This document shows, piece by piece, positions 36,501 to 41,651 of a DNA stretch of 41,651 bases. The stretch is from Bacilli bacterium (lineage in GTDB: Bacteria; Bacillota_I; Bacilli_A; RFN20; CAG-826). The notes under the pieces are model-generated. The model saw only the letters and a list, made by a program, of their open reading frames with translations. It was not told the origin of the DNA and made no database searches. A program made the position numbers and the translations under genes. How positions within the stretch are numbered: the stretch's first letter is position 1; each line of letters begins with the position of its first letter. Location of the stretch: the NCBI GenBank assembly GCA_024683495.1, contig JAIKYF010000021.1, forward strand, positions 1-41,651. The letters are read 5' to 3'.

Positions 36501-39202
36501 GCCTAGGAAAACCAATCAAAGATGAGATCAAGATGCTCTCTCAAATTGGGGTTTATCGTTGTAATGTCGCTGATAATAAATTCCCTGGATATGACAATAT
36601 ATGTTTGAAAGAGTCATCATATATTAAGGGTTTATCAGAAAGAATTGAGTATTCTTATGCTTTCTTCAAGAAAGTGCTTTCGAAATACGGGTTAAAAATA
36701 AATGATTTAACAAGCGTCATTAGCCAATTTATTTCTTCTTACGAGAATGATGTTCATTTAGATGATATATTTGCTTCATTCCATGAGAAATATCTCGAAA
36801 CGAAAGGTTTATTTGAAAACCTAAATAAAAATTACGGCTTCGTATATCCAGAGTTAAATGACGAAAACCAATACGATAGAGTAGTAGACTCATTAGAAGA
36901 AATCCTTAACAACAAGAACGATTTAGACAAATATACTTTACTCTCAAGGGTTTTAAATGAAGGCGAAAAATTCGTCCCCAAATCACTAATCCATGCTGTA
37001 AAAGACGGGGATTTTGCTATTTCTGATATTGTTAATATCTATGTTAATGCCGTTGCCTATAAATTAATAACCGTCATAGCAAACGAAGAAGGATTAAATA
37101 ATTTCGATAAATACTCTTTCGATCAATTGATTGAAGAATATCGAAAGAAAATTGACGAAGGTAAGAAAGCTTCTATAACCCAAACTGCCGCAATAGTCAG
37201 TGCCAATTTCCCCAATGTGAATGCCCATTACTCCAAAAACACGAAGATCGCTTCCTTATTTAAATATATAAGCAGCACTCCTAGGAATAAGACCCTCAGA
37301 AAAATCTTCGAAGAATGTGGGGAGATGATTGCCAATTATTGCCCATGCTTCTTGATGTCGCCTTTGTCTTTGGCCCAATACATCGCTCCTGGGACCATGG
37401 AATTTGACGTTGTCATTTTCGATGAGGCTTCTCAGATTCCGACTCGTGAAGCAATCGGGGCTATCGCTAGAGGAAAATCTGTTATCATCGCCGGCGACCA
37501 AAAACAGATGCCACCAACCAATTTCTTCAGCAAGCAATTCGATATTGATGATAATGCCTCTTACTACAATGTCGCAGACGATTTGGAGAGCTTATTGGAT
37601 GACGCAATCGCCTTAAACCTCCCCCGCCGTCAATTGCTTTTCCACTACCGTTCTAATCATGAATCTTTAATCGCATTCTCAAATAAGAACTTCTATAACA
37701 ATCATCTTCTGACCTTCCCGTCGATCGATAATTCAGTTTCGCGTCTTAAATATGTCTATGTTGATGGCTTATATGAAAGAAAGAAGGCAATCAATAGAGC
37801 TGAAGCCGACGCGATAGTAAATGAAACAATTAGGAGATTGTCAGATCCTGAACTATCCAAGAAATCGATTGGGATTATCACTTTCAATGAATCTCAGCAG
37901 AATCTCATAGACGATATGCTCTCCACTGCCGCTTCCTTCCATCCTGATATCGCCCCCTTATTAGAAAACGTGTTCGTCAAAAACCTCGAAAATGTTCAGG
38001 GCGATGAAAGAGACGTCATTCTCTTCTCTATTTGCTATGGACGCGACCCCAAATCAGGAAAAGTCTCATTAAACTTCGGCCCTTTATCCAAATTCAACGG
38101 AGAGAGACGTCTAAATGTTGCGATCACGAGAGCAAGAGATGAACTTATCGTCTATGCTTCGATATTACCTGAAGAAATCAGAGCTTCTGAAGCGTTGAAT
38201 CAGGGCGCTACCTATTTAAAGAACTTCCTTTCGTATGCTCAGAACTATAACTTGTTTGATTGGCATCACTCAATACATACCCCATCTATTGCCGATTTCG
38301 TCGCCAATGACATAAAGGCCAGAGGTTTTGAAGTAGAGCAAAGCATTGGAGTATCAACTTTCAGAGTGGATTTAGCCATTAAGAGAAAGGGTGCTTCTAA
38401 CTATATTCTTGGGGTGATGATAGATAAAGATCCCGAACAGAGAACTTGCCGAGATAGAAACGTCATCGAACCTAAGATGCTGAAACGTCTTGGTTGGAGA
38501 TTGTATTATCTTAATAGTCTTGACTATCTATACCGAAAAGTAGATGTCATCGATGAAATATGCGCCGAGATTGAAAAAGAGGAAAACAATAACATCGAAC
38601 AAGACGCACCGGTTACGGCTGAATTCGAGAAAAAAGAGATAACTTTGTGGGATACCTATCCGCACGCTCAAATGATGCGTAAACACAAGAGGGTTCCTAA
38701 GGAAAAATTAGAGGACACCATTCGATTAATTATCGAAAAAGAGGGCCCCATTTCGGAGAATGCGTTATTCGAACGATATGCTGAAGAAATCGAAATGGAT
38801 AAATTGACCTCTAAACTCAAGAATGCCATTCTAAAATTTATAAATTACGACAGTAATGTTTTAATCTCCGAGCATGTTTGCGGGAAAACATTCTACTGGA
38901 GAAAGAATAAGCCATTTATTACATGCGACTTCTTTAGATTTAACGTTCCATCTCAGAAGATCGTTAGAAAACTAACTAATCTCCACCCACGTGAGATTGG
39001 TTGTTTAATCTATGATATTTTGAATGTTGAGGGGCGTTTGCTCGACACTCAATTATATGAATCAATAAGAGCTGTTTTTAACCTCGACGCCATACGTAAA
39101 CCAGATAAAGAATATATTGATGAAGTCTACACATATTTAATGTCGATAGGCTTTATGGGATTAAATAAAGTCGGCACCGTATTTATGATTGGAGAACCCT
39201 AA
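33524..39202 (+). CDS. Large DUF4011 / split SF1 (Upf1-like) helicase / Vsr-like nuclease protein (Hhe-like)
   Basis: 'WEEKLLDLDMRNNLIN' (DUF4011), 'DSSQ..A', GPPGTGKS, 'MSPLS', 'FDEASQI', 'GDQKQMPP', 'HYRS', 'ENVQGDERD', 'RRLNVAITRAR', 'RVDLAI...RDR...LGW'. Confidence 0.88.
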   Translation: MGIKIFYDVDTYFSFVNFFLGAKFLSLSQNKKINPFAFINSLSIENDSDDEIIDVQIRVDFDEPSIQISPIKVPYFAPHDIISPTLEMNVDYAEFSKITRNSQSKLAVSVVDGDGNILGKEDISFTLCSVEGSFDRIIDKTILASFSIPSDEDVKAYLAGAAGMLYEVIGEEEDELGGYLYNDKERVKEEVKAIYLLLKNHRISRQIPPDLLSRVRLPHSISMEGEASSIDIALLFSSIIEADDLHPLLIILEDKTPLVGVWLNASGATSQIEDLSDLLDVEIQKDGNIFIFDPSGVFPESSVSFEDANELAKKKLKDVGLDYFLDINICHQEGIASLDIDSIKKADKAVNNNLPDLENGPKEKDKFSLWEEKLLDLDMRNNLINYRLGGNCLQFLFKDSSSFHYGISSGTNFSIETLQSQVIHGGDFLANRDYSSLIGDSEKRLASRTLTAISANGKSEDNIINLARKINTEIEESGVNPCFLTIGLIKWFPNEKAAKKKRGACYAPIILMPVSIPRHKQGNKYKIEIDADQIQFNTTFIEYLNQEFHLDISKYANPDLISALGIKGVFAMYRKEISIFENWEIIDNFSSLGHFSFAHYVMWSDMKNNHDLFLKNPIISALVNKETFVTDDSINVDLSETKLEDVAIPLDIDSSQLKAVIASEKGESFVLDGPPGTGKSQTIANMIVNFLYHKKKVLFVAQKEVALDIVKSKLEEIGLGVFCLQVASAKANKGDVLRQVGRAKEFGTVKEYSKLKDLSKNVSDKTSNINKNLEILHKENYCFSLYAAIYKYLSTESYHSSLSFEKKYINTLTKEKYEQAILYLERLIPAYTNAGGYKDNIFAPFTYDSYGFGIKDEMFAQIDSLRRSLKELRNQINQINKFTNLPIDFGKEGLVSLDRIALKIPDKSRLDYDFLRNEEAFKNYNILMTFLEKSIKIAEFRESTFSRISIDCLDDYEIDTITHRCTLADGKIDNIFVRLKTRALAKKFIKRYSLGKPIKDEIKMLSQIGVYRCNVADNKFPGYDNICLKESSYIKGLSERIEYSYAFFKKVLSKYGLKINDLTSVISQFISSYENDVHLDDIFASFHEKYLETKGLFENLNKNYGFVYPELNDENQYDRVVDSLEEILNNKNDLDKYTLLSRVLNEGEKFVPKSLIHAVKDGDFAISDIVNIYVNAVAYKLITVIANEEGLNNFDKYSFDQLIEEYRKKIDEGKKASITQTAAIVSANFPNVNAHYSKNTKIASLFKYISSTPRNKTLRKIFEECGEMIANYCPCFLMSPLSLAQYIAPGTMEFDVVIFDEASQIPTREAIGAIARGKSVIIAGDQKQMPPTNFFSKQFDIDDNASYYNVADDLESLLDDAIALNLPRRQLLFHYRSNHESLIAFSNKNFYNNHLLTFPSIDNSVSRLKYVYVDGLYERKKAINRAEADAIVNETIRRLSDPELSKKSIGIITFNESQQNLIDDMLSTAASFHPDIAPLLENVFVKNLENVQGDERDVILFSICYGRDPKSGKVSLNFGPLSKFNGERRLNVAITRARDELIVYASILPEEIRASEALNQGATYLKNFLSYAQNYNLFDWHHSIHTPSIADFVANDIKARGFEVEQSIGVSTFRVDLAIKRKGASNYILGVMIDKDPEQRTCRDRNVIEPKMLKRLGWRLYYLNSLDYLYRKVDVIDEICAEIEKEENNNIEQDAPVTAEFEKKEITLWDTYPHAQMMRKHKRVPKEKLEDTIRLIIEKEGPISENALFERYAEEIEMDKLTSKLKNAILKFINYDSNVLISEHVCGKTFYWRKNKPFITCDFFRFNVPSQKIVRKLTNLHPREIGCLIYDILNVEGRLLDTQLYESIRAVFNLDAIRKPDKEYIDEVYTYLMSIGFMGLNKVGTVFMIGEP

Positions 39203-39975
39203 TCTTGGAGCTTTTCCTCATAAAGAGGATAATCTTCATCCGAAGGAGCGAAAACAACTGCGGGAGCGTTGTCGTGAGTAGCTAGGTAAAAGTCCACTTC
39301 TCTTATCGCTATTTCAACCGCGCTCTTTCTTGGAAACCTTTCTTCTCCTGTCGAGATTGAAGGAAACACAATCGCTTTCATTCCTAGAGATGTGGCTCTA
39401 TCCAAAGCATTTATATAACACTGTTCCAATTTCTTCTCATACAAGAAAGTTATATTGTCATGAATTGGTCTAGGGCCAACTATGTGAATCACATATTTAG
39501 AAGGTAGATTGTATCCATTTGTAACTAGAGCCTCGCTTACTTCGAGGTTCTTTTTTCTTTTCTTAATTACTTGGTGACATTCGTAGCGTAATCTAAGCCC
39601 CGCATACGAATGAATTAAATTGTCGAGGCTCTTATTAAGGGGCGCTAAGTCACCAGTCAATTCAGGATTAGTTGGATTAACGACTGCGTCAGCTTGGATA
39701 AGATACGGAGGAACCTTGGTAAGAGCAATTTTAGGATATGAGGTAGAAGGCAGTGTAAAAGCTGAAACTACACCTTCAGAATAAAGTTTGTCGTTCAAAT
39801 AAGAGGCTTCTAATCGAATAAATTCGTCAGTTAAAGGGGTTTCTAAATTATCGTGAAGGTTCTCTAAAGCCCGAAATCTATTTTTTAAGGAATGCTCCTT
39901 TTCTAATATCCATTTATGATCCGGACAATAACTAAGAAGGATCTGAACAAGCCGTTTTAATTCAATGTCGCTCAT
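39199..39975 (-). CDS. Macro domain protein (protein-ADP-ribose hydrolase-like)
   Basis: 'DAVVNPTN', 'DNLIHSYAGLRLRYEC', 'TNGYNLPSKYVIHIVGP', 'FPSISTG'. Confidence 0.88.
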   Translation of the reverse strand: MSDIELKRLVQILLSYCPDHKWILEKEHSLKNRFRALENLHDNLETPLTDEFIRLEASYLNDKLYSEGVVSAFTLPSTSYPKIALTKVPPYLIQADAVVNPTNPELTGDLAPLNKSLDNLIHSYAGLRLRYECHQVIKKRKKNLEVSEALVTNGYNLPSKYVIHIVGPRPIHDNITFLYEKKLEQCYINALDRATSLGMKAIVFPSISTGEERFPRKSAVEIAIREVDFYLATHDNAPAVVFAPSDEDYPLYEEKLQD

Positions 39976-39977
39976 AT

Positions 39978-40250
39978 TTATAAATTATCGATAGCATCTT
40001 TGAGGGATTTAAGATCAGAGAGTTCATCTGCGTGATTGTCAAAAGGTTCGTCTAATTTCAATTTGAGGCCTTTTGATTCTTTCTTAGTTGGTTTAACGAC
40101 AACAGGGAAAGGGAGCCCTTTTTCACGAACTAATGCTTTTAAAAAGAGAGTTATTGCCGTAGACATAGGTAAACCTAATTCCTTTGCTACTTTTTCAGCA
40201 TCATTTTTTAGTTTGCTATCAATTCTCAAATTCAAAGTAGTTTTCGGCAT
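39978..40250 (-). CDS. RelB/DinJ family antitoxin-like ribbon-helix-helix protein
   Basis: 'TTLNLRIDSKLKNDAEKVAKELGLPMSTAITLFLKALVREKGLPF'. Confidence 0.88.
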   Translation of the reverse strand: MPKTTLNLRIDSKLKNDAEKVAKELGLPMSTAITLFLKALVREKGLPFPVVVKPTKKESKGLKLKLDEPFDNHADELSDLKSLKDAIDNL

Positions 40251-40583
40251 AATATGAAATAATCTCCTTGTAATTTTGTAACGTAAAAGTAACGCAAATT
40301 ACTTTACATAAATTAATATAAGGCTTTTTAATAGAGAAAACAACGAAATCATTCGATAACATCTAAAATTTATGAACTTTACGTTGTTAATATGTGCAAA
40401 ATGCACAAATATATCTAGAAATAGTTATATTGCTTAAGCATCTCATGTAGTAATTGGACAAGAGAATAATTTGCATTGATCGATATACCTATCAAATTCG
40501 GCTAAACAGGGGGTGGAACGCACAAAACCTTAAAGGGACCAAAAAAGGCCCGAAATGGGCCGATTAGAGGGGAATTTAGGGTT

Positions 40584-40862
40584 TTATTTGAATAACTCCG
40601 AGAAGGCTTTATCGACAGATTGATTCGTGGATTTTTTAGTCGTTTTCTTAATAGGTTTATTCTTTTTCGATTCTTTCGATTCGGGTGTGGAGCCACTTCC
40701 TCCATTAAGATCAACAGCAAAAGGGATTCCGTTCCTTAAAACGACCTGTTCAAGGTAAATGGAAATTGCGGAGGAGAATGAAATTCCCAATTTTTTGAAA
40801 ATTGCCTGAGCTTCATCTTTGGTTCTTTTGTTGACTCTTATATTGACGGTTTGACTTGTCAT
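40584..40862 (-). CDS. RelB/DinJ family antitoxin-like protein
   Basis: 'TVNIRVNKRTKDEAQAIFKKLGISFSSAISIYLEQVVLRNGIPF'; ATG 40862 behind AGGAGG. Confidence 0.88.
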   Translation of the reverse strand: MTSQTVNIRVNKRTKDEAQAIFKKLGISFSSAISIYLEQVVLRNGIPFAVDLNGGSGSTPESKESKKNKPIKKTTKKSTNQSVDKAFSELFK

Positions 40863-41157
40863 AATTTTTCCTCCTAAAAACATTATATACCATTGTGTAT
40901 TGTTTGTGTATTATTATAATACATATTGAAAATTTCTAAACAAAATTATAATTGATTTTTTATTGAAATTTAGAACACGATTTTTAAAATGTAAAAATCG
41001 TATCACTTATTGATTATTATGATATTTCGATATATTCATTTTATTATATTCAGGTATATGACAATCAATAATTGACACATTACGTTGTGATAATCGTTCA
41101 ATAACAAGACATTTAAAAATTACTTAGGCTCAGTCACTTGGTTTTCTTAATATATAA

Positions 41158-41210
41158 AAAACCATCTTATGCACTCATCTCACTAAAATGAGAGATACTT
41201 AAGATGGTTT
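41158..41210 (-). terminator. Long inverted repeat after sbcC (possible terminator)
   Basis: AAAACCATCTTA...TAAGATGGTTTT. Confidence 0.5.
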
Positions 41211-41227
41211 TATTCGTAAAAGACGAT

Positions 41228-41651
41228 CTAGAATTCGATTTTGAGTTTAGACCCTTTGTCTGTTTTTTCGATAGTGATCTGAGAATCGATTCTTTCTTTT
41301 ATGGTTTCGACATGAGAAATAATGCCAGTCAATCTATGACTTTGGGTTGATAGATCGGACAGTATCTTAACTGCCTGGCTCAAGGAATCAGAATCTAGCG
41401 TGCCGAAGCCCTCATCAATAAACATACTATCAAGCTCGACACCACCGTTTTTCGCTGTGACGACTTCCGATAATGATAAAGCCAAGGCAAGGGATGCCAT
41501 AAACGATTCGCCACCAGATAGAGTATTGGCGGATCTCTCTTTACCAGTGTGATAATCGGTTACGTCAATCTCCAAACCAGCTTTTGCGTTCCCTTTGAAT
41601 CCATCCTTTTTCCTGCTTAAGGTATATCTTCCAGAACTCATGCCATTGAAT
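41228..41651 (-). CDS. sbcC: SbcC/Rad50-like exonuclease subunit, C-terminal part (truncated by the window)
   Basis: 'TLSGGESFMASLALALSL', 'MFIDEGFGTLD', 'GIISHV'. Confidence 0.9.
   Translation of the reverse strand, partial: FNGMSSGRYTLSRKKDGFKGNAKAGLEIDVTDYHTGKERSANTLSGGESFMASLALALSLSEVVTAKNGGVELDSMFIDEGFGTLDSDSLSQAVKILSDLSTQSHRLTGIISHVETIKERIDSQITIEKTDKGSKLKIEF

Noticed and set aside
6473-37616. Numerous antisense or alternate-frame ORFs within lysS, the ABC genes, ftsH, mfd, ppdK and the helicase
   Set aside because: These are shadow ORFs expected from codon bias of well-supported genes, with no independent motifs.
40930-41157. AT-rich intergenic region as a replication origin or ncRNA
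   Set aside because: No DnaA-box cluster, iterons or convincing structure is visible.

Overview
Chromosomal segment of a low-GC Gram-positive (Bacilli-like) bacterium. The lineage is inferred from the Bacillus-type gene order pth-mfd-yabO-tilS-ftsH-dusB...lysS and rpsF-ssb-rpsR. Most of the window is housekeeping: ribosomal proteins, LysRS, a MarR-regulated heterodimeric ABC exporter, PPDK, an FGGY kinase and a three-gene GDP-heptose operon. The most striking part is 1-5172, directly downstream of rpsR. It is a head-to-tail stack of at least five non-autonomous transposon-like cassettes. Each is bounded by TGT...ACA ends with two 24-bp-spaced repeats (TGT-N5-GACRA-N7-TYYCYYC-N5-GACRA-N7-TYYCYYC, Tn7/TnsB-like), and all share the same orientation. 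Each rpsR-proximal end carries a strand-specific terminator, intact neighbours are separated by 3-5 bp, and a 5-bp CAAGA duplication flanks the block 1819-5172. Two cassettes carry one AT-rich zinc-ribbon gene each, two are empty ~335-bp minis, and one (cut by the window edge) carries ABC-2 permeases. No transposase is in the window. The right end holds a defence-like cluster (DUF4011/SF1-helicase/Vsr-like protein, macrodomain, two orphan RelB/DinJ) and the 3' part of sbcC.
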